In this document: in pieces, positions 18,754 through 27,875 of the stretch
Layout of the letters: each line of letters opens with the position of its first letter
Position numbering within the stretch: position 1 is the first letter of the stretch
Source: Candidatus Bathyarchaeia archaeon
Lineage (GTDB): Archaea > Thermoproteota > Bathyarchaeia > 40CM-2-53-6
NCBI GenBank assembly: GCA_049517415.1
Contig: JBEKSC010000004.1
Span: forward strand, 82,243-146,242
Length of the DNA: 64,000 nucleotides
Direction: 5' to 3'
The notes under the pieces: generated by a model
Databases searched by the model: none
The model's input: the letters and a program-made list of their open reading frames with translations, nothing else
What the model was told of the DNA's origin: nothing
Made by a program: the position numbers and the translations under genes

Positions 18754-19509
18754 TCACTCAAGGCGTTGCGATATGCGATGCGGCCAGTCACACTCAACCG
18801 AAAACCTTTGTCTAATCTCAACTGTAATTATGTCTGATTTCACCGTCCCATCTTCGTTTAGCATTGGAGAAAATAACAAGTCTGTCGAAGCAAGAAACAT
18901 TGTAGTCGCCTCGATCTTATTGTAGACTTCCGTTAGACAGGCTGCTTCGGCGAGTATGGTTTGGTCGTTAAGACTTGGCGATTTACCTAGAAGCCGTCTA
19001 AGCTGCGTCCTATCAACCAAAAATTGCCTAGCGTATATGTTTGAAGCAATGCCTCTGAGATATGGGGGTACTGTCGTTAGGCGGCTTTTCACATGACTCC
19101 TCACCTTAGAACCCGCCGTCTGTCTTGCCGCACCCAACAGTTTTCCGTACATGGTCACAACATCCCCTAATCTTTCGGCCAACCGTGACTTATTCGTGAC
19201 ATCCACCATAGCTAAACAACCAAGAAGCTCGTGCATCCTGTCCCAACAAAGGTTCAGAACCGTGGAGCGTATTTCATTTGAAAGGCTTGGATTGAGACGC
19301 TGTGTAACAGCACTGTTTAGTTTGTGTGATGCCTCAATTTCGACAGTTTTGGTTACAAGTCCAATTTCACGATGGGCTTTCAGATATCCAAAGAGCCGCA
19401 TTGACCTATCGAAGTGGGTGTCCTTGAACTGAACAACGCCTGCCTTCGCCGCGTAAATCGAACCAGACAGTAAAACCGATGTCTCGATGAGAACCTTATT
19501 GTCAGTCAG
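18754..19509 (-). CDS. Large PIN-domain-like protein
   Basis: Frame extends upstream of the listed ATG to CTG 19509: KVLIETSVLL...LNDQTILAEA...FLASTD. Confidence 0.6.
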   Translation of the reverse strand: MTDNKVLIETSVLLSGSIYAAKAGVVQFKDTHFDRSMRLFGYLKAHREIGLVTKTVEIEASHKLNSAVTQRLNPSLSNEIRSTVLNLCWDRMHELLGCLAMVDVTNKSRLAERLGDVVTMYGKLLGAARQTAGSKVRSHVKSRLTTVPPYLRGIASNIYARQFLVDRTQLRRLLGKSPSLNDQTILAEAACLTEVYNKIEATTMFLASTDLLFSPMLNEDGTVKSDIITVEIRQRFSVECDWPHRISQRLE

Positions 19510-20014
19510 AAGTCGTCATCGGCTTCAATAACTCGTCGAAGGCCGTAATCAACTTCGCCTTGTCCACTCCCTTCAGGTTATCCCTAGGGTCAATCATTTG
19601 GACTGCCCGGGCAGATGAACGCAATTCGCGCACATAATTCATCACATCGTCTGAATTAGTTTGAGTTGGGTCGCTTTCCATGGACACGAGAGTCGCGATT
19701 GTCGTAAGAATGCGCGGAAAAATCATTCTTGCTTGTTCGACTACGAGAGGGTTGTCATGTGCCACGTGTGCCTGCGCGAATCTTACGCGCATCTTGGAGA
19801 ATATCAGTCGAAGGTTTCGCCAAGAGTGATACATTGTGAAGTTAGCAGGTGAGGGGTTTGCATTTCCCCAAAATTGTTCTTGTTTGCTAGAATACATGAC
19901 CAAATGGTCGAGATGTGGCCCGATTTTCCTGTCAACTTTACCTACCCTTTGCATAGCTGCGAGTCGTGATTCGACTATCGCGGCTTCATCAATCAACTTT
20001 CCGAAATCGGGCAT
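19502..20014 (-). CDS. Hypothetical protein coupled to the PIN-like gene
   Basis: 170 aa; overlaps the next gene. Confidence 0.6.
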   Translation of the reverse strand: MPDFGKLIDEAAIVESRLAAMQRVGKVDRKIGPHLDHLVMYSSKQEQFWGNANPSPANFTMYHSWRNLRLIFSKMRVRFAQAHVAHDNPLVVEQARMIFPRILTTIATLVSMESDPTQTNSDDVMNYVRELRSSARAVQMIDPRDNLKGVDKAKLITAFDELLKPMTTSD

Positions 20015-20195
20015 TTCCCAACGCCGAACTTATGCGAACTACACCTGGTGGAGTACTAGTTTCCGCTGTCACTTTAATAGACTTGCTTTAGTGACCTCAT
20101 CCGAACTGTATATAATGCGGCTAGTTTGATAGATTATTGTTGTTTTCTCGTAATCCTTTGAACCCACGAAGACTTGACAAGGCCCTTCTTTCCCA

Positions 20196-20333
20196 TCATG
20201 CTTCACTGAGAACCATTGATGGGCGCCTCGCACGTAGCTGCAGATCCCGTATGTCTAGGAGTACCTCGAGGCGGAGAGCGTCGAGTGGGTTTCCGGACTT
20301 TGCGTCGGCTTCGATTTCTTTTCTCGGTCTCAT
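20196..20333 (-). CDS. 45-aa viral protein (below cutoff)
   Basis: MRPRKEIEADAKSGNPLDALRLEVLLDIRDLQ; ATG overlaps the portal stop. Confidence 0.55.
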   Translation of the reverse strand: MRPRKEIEADAKSGNPLDALRLEVLLDIRDLQLRARRPSMVLSEA

Positions 20334-21988
20334 TGTCCTTCTAGCTCTTGTTGTTCCGTTTCCTCTTTGACTTCAGCGGGGGATTCCGGCTCTTCAGTTG
20401 CTGGGCCGGTTGGGCTAGGTGGCTGCGTTGCTACCGGCTCTTTGACCTCCGCGGGGTCAAAAGCGGAAGAGGGTCCATCCCGCATGATCTCGTACGCCTT
20501 CTCTAAGTTCACGAATCCCAGCCCACCGTCGTAGGCAACTGAGACTGCGGTGAGGAGTGCGAAGAAGTCGGTTGTGCGAATCTCACGCCACCGATGCCGC
20601 ACACGCACCGGCGGATCCTGGCCCGTGGGAGTCTTGAGGTAGAAGCGTGTCAGAGGGTCGTACCATTGCTGCTCAACAATAAGCTGCACCCACCGTTGAA
20701 TAGCCGTTATTGGGCCATCGACAAAGGACTCCAGTTGACTATAGCTTGTTGCCCGGTTCACGGCTTCGGTGCGATTAAGAATGAATTTCGGAACCTGAAA
20801 GTTCCCAATGATCTCCTGGTCTAGGTCGGTCTTGACTGCGACGAGGCCTGGGAGGTCAGGCTTGATGTCGATAACCTGAACGGTCCAACGATTGTCTGTG
20901 GCAATATGCTTTCCAGGACGCAGCGATGCGATGTGCGTGTTAATGAGGTCCTGCACGTCGGCGTCGGTTAATCCGGCAGGCAGGCGATCCACATCTAGGC
21001 TGTGTATGGCTATGCCGGCCCAGAGAGTTGTCGCAGCCTCTTGGAGGTCTTCTATGCGGATCTTGGCCCTGGTGATCACGTCGTCTAGGACTGGTTCGAT
21101 CTCGCTGAGGCCTTCCCAATCTGATTCGAGAGAGTTGTTTGTGAAATAGAGTAACTCGCTTGGTTTGTAGAAGTCTTTTTGGCCACGCCACCAGAACCCT
21201 TGCAGCACCCAGTCCTCGTCGACGTCGGGGCGCAGGTCGTAGATGGTTAGGAGTGGGAGGGAGATTAGGCGATTCGGTTCCATCTTCGCGTTGAGTTCAA
21301 TTTCGAAACCTTTCTTGCCGTAAATCTTGGCACCGATGATGCCGGCATACAGAACATGGTCGAGGTCGACGCGGAGGTTGATTTTGTCAATCCACTGTTT
21401 CAACGGCAAATTATCAGCAATGATCTTTTCCTCTTGCTGCGGGGTTAGGCCTTCGCCGACCGGTTCCAGAACAGCGTCGAAAGACTCCTTCGTGGTCCAG
21501 TAGGCGAGGGCGTTGATGCAGCCGCGCACGAGCGCATCCATACGATAGGCGCGGTAGTGCTTCTCCATCCCCTTGTAAGCGTCGAAGATGGTTTGCGTCA
21601 TCCCAAGATAATATTGGGACTTGGCGGCTGAGAGCTGACGACTCAGAGGGAGGCCGCTTAGTTGCATTGCGGCTGCTTCAGCAACACGCCTCGAGCTAGA
21701 ATGAACAGCAATACGAACGCCTTGGGGCGTTCCTAGATACGGGAAGGAGATCGTGTTCTCTTTCACTGTAACGCCTGGGATCCGTTCGAGAGCTGAGAAG
21801 TCGCCGAGGCCACTTGAACCGGCGACCCTGGTCCCTGCTAAGGGACGATGGTCTCTCACCTCGGCCCGTTTGGTGGCCATCATCGGCCGCTTAGTTGTCG
21901 CGTTTCGCTTGTTTGTTACGGAACGCTTACGCCGCTTACGAGGCGGTGGTTTGTTCTTTGCCTTAGTCATTTCTTTTCGAAGACCCAA
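20330..21988 (-). CDS. Portal protein
   Basis: 552 aa after terminase; AKIYGKKGFEI, LLYFTNN...EGLSEIEPVL, EIIGNFQVPKFIL...NRATS. Confidence 0.88.
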   Translation of the reverse strand: MGLRKEMTKAKNKPPPRKRRKRSVTNKRNATTKRPMMATKRAEVRDHRPLAGTRVAGSSGLGDFSALERIPGVTVKENTISFPYLGTPQGVRIAVHSSSRRVAEAAAMQLSGLPLSRQLSAAKSQYYLGMTQTIFDAYKGMEKHYRAYRMDALVRGCINALAYWTTKESFDAVLEPVGEGLTPQQEEKIIADNLPLKQWIDKINLRVDLDHVLYAGIIGAKIYGKKGFEIELNAKMEPNRLISLPLLTIYDLRPDVDEDWVLQGFWWRGQKDFYKPSELLYFTNNSLESDWEGLSEIEPVLDDVITRAKIRIEDLQEAATTLWAGIAIHSLDVDRLPAGLTDADVQDLINTHIASLRPGKHIATDNRWTVQVIDIKPDLPGLVAVKTDLDQEIIGNFQVPKFILNRTEAVNRATSYSQLESFVDGPITAIQRWVQLIVEQQWYDPLTRFYLKTPTGQDPPVRVRHRWREIRTTDFFALLTAVSVAYDGGLGFVNLEKAYEIMRDGPSSAFDPAEVKEPVATQPPSPTGPATEEPESPAEVKEETEQQELEGQ

Positions 21989-22218
21989 ACCTTACTCAAC
22001 AGGAAGTGGACGGTGCCCCCGATGATTGTGGTGAGCTCATAGAATCCCACATCAACCGCATTGAACCGGTACAACAGCACGGTCCAGAACAGGTCCGGTA
22101 GCTGGCCCTTCAAACCGTAATAGAGCACGGTGCTAACCGAAACACCAACGAGTCCGCTGACACCGAACTTCAGCAACTGCAGGAGTACGTGCTTCGCCGA
22201 CAATTGAGCCTCAACCAA
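21967..22218 (-). CDS. GtrA-like small membrane protein
   Basis: QLLKFGVSGLVG...VHFLLSKVWVF, the GtrA terminal motifs; start probably TTG 22218. Confidence 0.6.
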   Translation of the reverse strand: MVEAQLSAKHVLLQLLKFGVSGLVGVSVSTVLYYGLKGQLPDLFWTVLLYRFNAVDVGFYELTTIIGGTVHFLLSKVWVFEKK

Positions 22219-22798
22219 ACGATCGTGAGTACGGTTTGAAACCAGGGACCGTTGGGCCTCTTGTTGCGAATACGGCCAGGGCGACGGCCCAGGTGCGGTC
22301 GTCATGGGTACCGTCTGGGTGGCTGTACTGAATCTTGCCTGCCTTCGTGAGTTGGAACCGTTCAATGTTCAGTTCGTTGGCTACATCGAGTTGGTAGGCG
22401 ATTAGGAGCCGTTTCTGTTGCATCATCATCTTGAGGAAGTTCATGATGTCTTGCTTGGATGACTCCGAGAGCATTATGCCCCCGACGTGGGGTACTGATT
22501 TCTTCGCTTCTTCTACGACGCTCTCTCCAACGCCGGTCTGGTCCATGAGAATCTTGTGGATGGTTTGCAGTTTCTGGTTGAGGACTTTGAGGAAGCTGAT
22601 GACGCCTGTCTCGCCTGTGTAGTCTGTTCCGAGCGGGAAGATCTTCAGGCCCACTAGGCGGAAGATGTCACCGTCCTTCCTTATGACTGCCACGACACTG
22701 TAGTCGACTTTCTTCCCGAGGTCGACGCCGACCCAGTAGTCAGCGCGGGAGGTCTGGGGGGAGGTCTGTTGACCAGAAGCTGTGGAGTTCGCCGCCAA
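22211..22798 (-). CDS. Terminase large subunit, nuclease domain
   Basis: VGVDLGKKVDYS, DQTGVG, THDDRTWAVALA. Confidence 0.92.
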   Translation of the reverse strand: MAANSTASGQQTSPQTSRADYWVGVDLGKKVDYSVVAVIRKDGDIFRLVGLKIFPLGTDYTGETGVISFLKVLNQKLQTIHKILMDQTGVGESVVEEAKKSVPHVGGIMLSESSKQDIMNFLKMMMQQKRLLIAYQLDVANELNIERFQLTKAGKIQYSHPDGTHDDRTWAVALAVFATRGPTVPGFKPYSRSFG

Positions 22799-23660
22799 AT
22801 TCCTTAATCTCCATTTCCGGATCCGTACAGCCAGTGATTAGCGAAGTAGGGAGCCAGCAATCGTCGTCTTCGCTCCACTCTGCTTCCATCTCACGGCGCC
22901 AACGCCACGGGTCGCTGGCGAACTGTTTCTTGATCTTCGCAAGGATCCCTTTCTTCAGGGGTCCGTTTGGTTCCAGGGCTTGTTCCCAGTTGACATGGTG
23001 ACGGCTGTAATCATCGAACTCAGGGTCGTTGCAAATTTTATAGAATATGTGATTGCGGGACCAGGGCGTCGAGTTAGCGATGAAGAAACCGTTCGTTGTC
23101 CCAAGTGTGAAAAGAATAGCGTCGTACAGGTCGACGTCGTCACGGACGAAGTTGAACTCTGTCGCCAGGATTCCATTCAATGTTGGCCCGCGTATGGTGT
23201 CGGGGTTGCATGGGTAGGCTTCGATGATTGAGCCGTTGACTAGGGAGACCTTCGTCTTCAGCGGTTTCCTTCCGACTAGGATTTCCCGGTAGGGGACATC
23301 CTTGGGAAGGCTCTGTTGGATGAATGAGTTGATCTTGCGAATTACCAGCTTGCTTTGCCGAAAGCTGGGACCCACAACGGCCAGCTGCACTCCATCGTTG
23401 GCGACGGCGTACCAGAAGAGCTTGCTGCAAGCTGCGTAGTCTTTCCCCGACTGCCTGGACCACAGCTGGGCGATGAATTGCGCCTTGTCTTCGAGGAACT
23501 CGACCTGGTATTTCGTGGGTTCGAATCCCAGGGCCTCCTTGCAGAATGCTACCGGGCCCTTCGCAGCGATCCGCTGTAACCGTTGAAACGCCCCGGTGAC
23601 TTCGACAACACCTCTGTGGCGTTCCTCAACTTTCTTTTCGAGTTTTCGCCGCCAAGCCAT
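22740..23660 (-). CDS. Terminase large subunit, ATPase domain
   Basis: PTKYQ, WSRQSGKD (Walker A), PSFRQS, TIRG, ILATEF (Walker B-like), STP, WRREMEAEW. Confidence 0.92.
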   Translation of the reverse strand: MAWRRKLEKKVEERHRGVVEVTGAFQRLQRIAAKGPVAFCKEALGFEPTKYQVEFLEDKAQFIAQLWSRQSGKDYAACSKLFWYAVANDGVQLAVVGPSFRQSKLVIRKINSFIQQSLPKDVPYREILVGRKPLKTKVSLVNGSIIEAYPCNPDTIRGPTLNGILATEFNFVRDDVDLYDAILFTLGTTNGFFIANSTPWSRNHIFYKICNDPEFDDYSRHHVNWEQALEPNGPLKKGILAKIKKQFASDPWRWRREMEAEWSEDDDCWLPTSLITGCTDPEMEIKEFGGELHSFWSTDLPPDLPR

Positions 23661-24153
23661 CCGAGTCTACCCCTAGCTCTTTGAGGAGGGCATCGACGAA
23701 TGCATCGTCAGTGTGTTTGAGAATCATGAGTTCTGTTCGCATCAGCCCGTTTGCGACACGCAGCGCCAGCAACCTGGCCTCAGCATCCTTCGCAGCGTCC
23801 TCGGTCTTGCTGTACAAGACGGCTGCCTGGACGGCCTTCCAGGTGAGTTCCTCGAGGGCACTTCGTTTTTCGACCCCCGGCAGCTGTGCGTCTTTCTCAG
23901 CCTTCATGGGAACCTTGGTTGGATTTTGTCTCTCAAGCTGGGCACGGGTGATGAACTCCCTGGTGAGGCGTGTTAGGTCCTCAAGGTGTCTGACACCTAA
24001 TGAATGGGTGTCTGACACCCCTCGTAGATGTTCTTCTACAACCACCCGCAAGTACTCTCCGACTGGTTGACCCTTCTGCCTGGCCAGGAGACGGATGGCT
24101 AGGTCCTTCTTCCTGGAAAGGCGGAATGTTAAACGGGGATTTCCTTTTGACAT
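23626..24153 (-). CDS. RHH-containing DNA-binding protein; terminase small subunit candidate
   Basis: From ATG 24153: RLTFRLS...GQPVGEYLRVVVEEHL; overlaps the terL start. Confidence 0.55.
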   Translation of the reverse strand: MSKGNPRLTFRLSRKKDLAIRLLARQKGQPVGEYLRVVVEEHLRGVSDTHSLGVRHLEDLTRLTREFITRAQLERQNPTKVPMKAEKDAQLPGVEKRSALEELTWKAVQAAVLYSKTEDAAKDAEARLLALRVANGLMRTELMILKHTDDAFVDALLKELGVDSDGLAAKTRKES

Positions 24154-24155
24154 GG

Positions 24156-24400
24156 TTACTTTGCCCCGGCATCCTTCATGGCTTTTAGCGCTGTCTTCTT
24201 GACCTTCTTCGCTGCGACCATCACGTTGTTGGCCACCAGGCCAGCGTACATCGCTGCAGGGACCAGGATCGTGGCCGCGGCCACCTCGGGTGCCTTCCAT
24301 CGGTACGCCATCCACCACGCGATGCCCAGGATGGCACCGGGGACGACGACCAGTTTCAGGAGTAACGCGGCGCTCAGATCCTGCGCAAAACCCTCTCTAG
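24156..24400 (-). CDS. Small membrane protein or remnant (start uncertain)
   Basis: LLLKLVVVPGAILGIAWW...YAGLVANNVMVAAKK...GAK*. Confidence 0.4.
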
Positions 24401-24421
24401 CCGCGACAAACGTTACGGCAG

Positions 24422-24724
24422 TTAATCGCGAGAGTCCGCATTTGAATCCTTTAGCAATAGATTTGTCGATGACCGCACGTGGCCCACGTGATTTTCCCGA
24501 TTGGCGTTATTCGAATTCTCTAAGCGCGACAACGGAAACTCAGTACCCTCCGGCACGAGGACGATTGCCGGGCCAAACAGGCGCACTAGATACTCTACGG
24601 ATCGGTCCACTTGGTCTCCTATCGCGACCGGTAGGTACAGGAGGTAACGCTTGCAACGGTAACGCCCCTTCCGCATGTACCGCTTCCAATACCAAACCAA
24701 CCGAATACGAGCTATACTCCACAC
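24422..24724 (-). CDS. Hypothetical basic protein
   Basis: 100 aa; KRYLLYLPVAIG, possibly AbrB-like. Confidence 0.45.
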   Translation of the reverse strand: MWSIARIRLVWYWKRYMRKGRYRCKRYLLYLPVAIGDQVDRSVEYLVRLFGPAIVLVPEGTEFPLSRLENSNNANRENHVGHVRSSTNLLLKDSNADSRD

Positions 24725-24773
24725 ACAACTCGGCCATTAGAATCAGCATCAAGAGCCAAACAAGCCACCGAAA

Positions 24774-24813
24774 ATTCACATATCCAATACAACCATAAAA
24801 CCAGCGAGACGCC
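24774..24813. repeat. 40-bp direct repeat (35/40 identical) with 25642-25681
   Basis: attcacat.tc.a.tacaaccataaaacc.gc.agacgcc. Confidence 0.85.
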
Positions 24814-25013
24814 CACTAACCACCCCGAGACTTCAAGGAAAGTAAAATGAATTGTACGTGTGGATCCGCGGGCGTAACTAGTGCACTTGTGGTATTCTAC
24901 TCATGCTGTCACCCCACCGGCGGCGGGAGGAGGGTACTCCTAAATACTCCTGTCATCATGACGACGCTGTTTGGCTATAGAATCGCTATAGCTAGGTTGA
25001 GGTCGAAGTCGGG

Positions 25014-25226
25014 TTGTCGGATAGGTCGTTTCACGTAAACATACGAAGAGATGAGGCGGGGTACTATGTGGCTCACTGCCTAGAACTTCCGGCAGCTATG
25101 ACCGAAGCAAAAACTGAAGAAGAAGTTATTCGCAGAATCAAAGAAGCTATTCATTTAGTTCTTGAAGGGACACACGAAGGAGAGACAGCGAAACTCGCCG
25201 TAAAGGCAGTCGAAATTGTGGCGTAG
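25014..25226 (+). CDS. HicB-family antitoxin, followed by a truncated HicA start (MSKLPRISGR)
   Basis: DEAGYYVAHCLELPAAMTEAKTEEEVIRRIKEAI. Confidence 0.85.
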   Translation: MSDRSFHVNIRRDEAGYYVAHCLELPAAMTEAKTEEEVIRRIKEAIHLVLEGTHEGETAKLAVKAVEIVA

Positions 25227-25295
25227 TTGTCCAAACTTCCGCGAATTTCTGGGAGATGCTGGTAGGGTACAATCGCAGTCTACGAACCTATTTAG

Positions 25296-25607
25296 GTGAG
25301 GATTTCCTTACTCAACGACGAAACCGTGACCAGCGAGCTTACCTTCAAAAAGGTGAAAGTTTCGGACAAGGGGCAGATTTCGCTGCCAATGGAAATCCAA
25401 CGAGAAGTCGGTATAAAGAAGGGCGACGAACTCCTTCTGATCAGAAAAGGGCAGAAGATAGTTCTGGAGAAGCCTCGAAGAATCGTCAAGGCTCTTGAGG
25501 ATGAGTTCGCAGAATTGCAAGATATTTCCGAAGCTTCGTTACGACGCATGTGGCTAAGGAAGAAGGAAGATATCTGGGACCGGTACCTTGAGGCGAGCAT
25601 TAAGTGA
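25296..25607 (+). CDS. AbrB/MazE antitoxin, followed by a truncated MazF/PemK start (MIFQRDIVLLSFPFT)
   Basis: KVSDKGQISLPMEIQREVGIKKGD...EDIWD. Confidence 0.85.
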   Translation: MRISLLNDETVTSELTFKKVKVSDKGQISLPMEIQREVGIKKGDELLLIRKGQKIVLEKPRRIVKALEDEFAELQDISEASLRRMWLRKKEDIWDRYLEASIK

Positions 25608-25683
25608 TTTTCCAGCGTGATATCGTTTTACTCTCATTCCCATTCACATTTCTACTACAACCATAAAACCGGCAAGACGCCTA

Positions 25684-25748
25684 CCGGTGGAACAAGCGGG
25701 GTCGATGAATCAGGAACCCCACGACCTTTAGACGTGGGAGTATGTCAC
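25684..25748 (+). mobile_element. IS200/IS605-family right-end remnant
   Basis: tcgatgaatcaggaaCCCCACGacctttagaCGTGGGagtatgtcac: subterminal hairpin + TCAC, preceded by PVE...SMNQE resembling a TnpB tail. Confidence 0.65.
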
Positions 25749-27259
25749 GGTGGGATTTTTCTGAATGGGAAGGCTGCGTAGCTGAAGGGTGTATCGAAGA
25801 AAAACCCAACTAGGACGAAGAAGACGTAAGCCAGTAATACGCTTCTTGGAATATTTTTGTTGCTAACCATCAGGGCGACTGCGCCGGCTACCGCGGGTAC
25901 CGTGTTTTGGAAATAGAAGATGTACGAGATTCTGTTGCCGATGTATGAAAGTGGAAAGAAGGGAAAGTAGGTCGCCGCAAACCAGCAGAGCATGAGGAGA
26001 GCGAGCTGACTGTTCTTTTCATCGTAGCGGTATAGGGCGTACACCATGGCGGGAATCGTCAGGTAGAGAATGAATGGGTTCATCGCCCCCCAAAAAGCAA
26101 TAGTCTGATACGTGATTCCCCCAGTGGAGACGCTCACTCCGAGATACGGAATCGGAACTTGGTTGAACAACCAGTCGAGCGGTCGGCTTTCGATTCCTAC
26201 CGGAGCAGCTCGAACTAGCGCAAGCGTGTAACTGTAAATGAAACGTATATGATCGAAGGGATCCCTGCCACTAACAAAACGGTCAAGCACGAACAGGAGT
26301 GTGAATCCCGTGGCAGCATAATAGAAACTAAAGGGCAGCAGCCATTTTAGTTTCGGGATCAGTATCGACCGCCATTTCTTTATCAATTCATTCGGGCGCA
26401 CATCTCTCAGTACGTGAAAGATTACTATCACAAGAAAGCCGTAGAATCCACCGATCTTGGTAAGCGTGCTGAGTGCGAGGGCTACGGCTGAAAGCTTAGT
26501 CCTCTCCGAGAAGTACAGGTAGAAACCTAGCAGCATGAATGCTAAGGTGAATATGTCAAGAATTGCAATCCTGCTATCTACGTAGATTAGGTTGTCGAAG
26601 CTGAAAAGAAACGTAGCCAGGAACGAATATTTGCCATTCTTGCTAGTTTTTTTCATCAACAAATAAAATAGAAGGATTGAGACTGAGCCCATTATGACGC
26701 TTGGAAGACGCCAACCCCACGCATTGTCGCCCAGCAACTTCATCGAGGCCGCGATCATCAACTTCGCTAGCGGCGGATGTTCCTGGTTGGGGTCGGTGCC
26801 GGGAACGGCGTTCGGATAAGGTATCTTCGTGGGGTCCGGTCCCTGAGGCCATCCCAGCAGGTTTCGCGCCACGTTCACGTAGTAGTATTCATCAAAGATT
26901 AACGTCCCACCAGTCCCATACCCGCTCGGGACATCAAGCCAAACAACTCGTAAAGCGATCGCGATAAGAAATAGAACGAGAAAGAATCTATCCCACTTGT
27001 AGCCTAAGCTCAAGTCGAAGAACCTTCCCTTTGCGCCGACTTTCACCGGCACGCCCGTGTCCTGCGAAGTTTGCATAACTTGGTCAGCGCTCCCTAGCGC
27101 CGCTAAAACTGAAACACACCAATGACGTTCGCCAATTTGACCCGCAACGCTATTTATAACATTCTGGTTCTTGGTTCTGTCTAATCTTCGGGAGATTTGA
27201 CTCATCTGCATCGACTGAGGGATTCCCGTCAGTCTCGGATTCCCATACCATCGCTTCAA
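25745..27259 (-). CDS. Dolichyl-phosphate-mannose:protein O-mannosyltransferase-like (GT39/PMT); true start probably ~60 codons downstream
   Basis: IFDEYYY, EHPPLAK, WGWRLPS, SRIAILD, ESRPLDW, MNP, YIFY; multi-TM. Confidence 0.85.
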   Translation of the reverse strand: MKRWYGNPRLTGIPQSMQMSQISRRLDRTKNQNVINSVAGQIGERHWCVSVLAALGSADQVMQTSQDTGVPVKVGAKGRFFDLSLGYKWDRFFLVLFLIAIALRVVWLDVPSGYGTGGTLIFDEYYYVNVARNLLGWPQGPDPTKIPYPNAVPGTDPNQEHPPLAKLMIAASMKLLGDNAWGWRLPSVIMGSVSILLFYLLMKKTSKNGKYSFLATFLFSFDNLIYVDSRIAILDIFTLAFMLLGFYLYFSERTKLSAVALALSTLTKIGGFYGFLVIVIFHVLRDVRPNELIKKWRSILIPKLKWLLPFSFYYAATGFTLLFVLDRFVSGRDPFDHIRFIYSYTLALVRAAPVGIESRPLDWLFNQVPIPYLGVSVSTGGITYQTIAFWGAMNPFILYLTIPAMVYALYRYDEKNSQLALLMLCWFAATYFPFFPLSYIGNRISYIFYFQNTVPAVAGAVALMVSNKNIPRSVLLAYVFFVLVGFFFDTPFSYAAFPFRKIPP

Positions 27260-27875
27260 TTGCAGACGCGACGGCCCCGAACCTCACGGCTCTCATCCGG
27301 CATCCACCGGATCAGCTAGACCATTCGCGCAGTCAGGGTTTTACGCTCGGTCAAAGCAACCAATTACCCAACATCGGCCCAGTCGGCTAATTCGGGTAAG
27401 AACCCACATACCGCCATAAGACCAGGCTTCATCAACTGATGACTAGACAAGGCATAGCTGGAACCGCAGAATTAAAGCGGGAAGGTGAATGAAACTAGTC
27501 AATCTTCCGAGGGTTTGACAGAACCTGGTTCTTCATTAATGGTTCGACATCATCGAAGGACCACAGGTTCAATGTCGAGGGCTGAAATCCTACGAGCCCT
27601 ACCGGATGAATCATCTTCAATGTGAGCGTATGAGTGCAAGTTTACACACGATTTGTTCGCGGATGTCTTTATCATAGAAGACATTGACACTCCAGCCTCT
27701 TCCTTCAAACCGCCTACTTCGATCGGTTTGAGCTTCGAAAAACGAAGGTTTGACAGAACCAAACGCCAGCAGAGGTCTACTTGAAAGGTGTGTCAAATCT
27801 GAGACATATTACGACTTCGTACGAAGGTTATATATACAAGAACGAAGAAGGGCAAGTCCTTACGTGGTAAATAGT

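Larger units (their letters stand above)
1..24813 (-). mobile_element. Provirus (Caudoviricetes-like, probably long non-contractile tail) morphogenesis module; continues past the left edge, right boundary uncertain
   Basis: Co-oriented genes in canonical order terS?-terL-portal-protease/scaffold-decoration-MCP-connector-tail completion-tail tube-G/GT chaperone-tape measure-hub-fibre. No sheath, integrase or replication gene recognised in the window. Confidence 0.93.

Noticed and set aside
22738..22800. BHB intron explaining the terminase frameshift
   Set aside because: The best candidate has only 3 of 4 central-helix pairs and no inner stem next to the bulges
24178..24798. Long ORFs shadowing better genes (e.g. 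24178-24798, 38132-38833, 13832-14482, 55451-56137)
   Set aside because: They overlap better-supported genes on the opposite strand or in another frame and show no recognisable motifs
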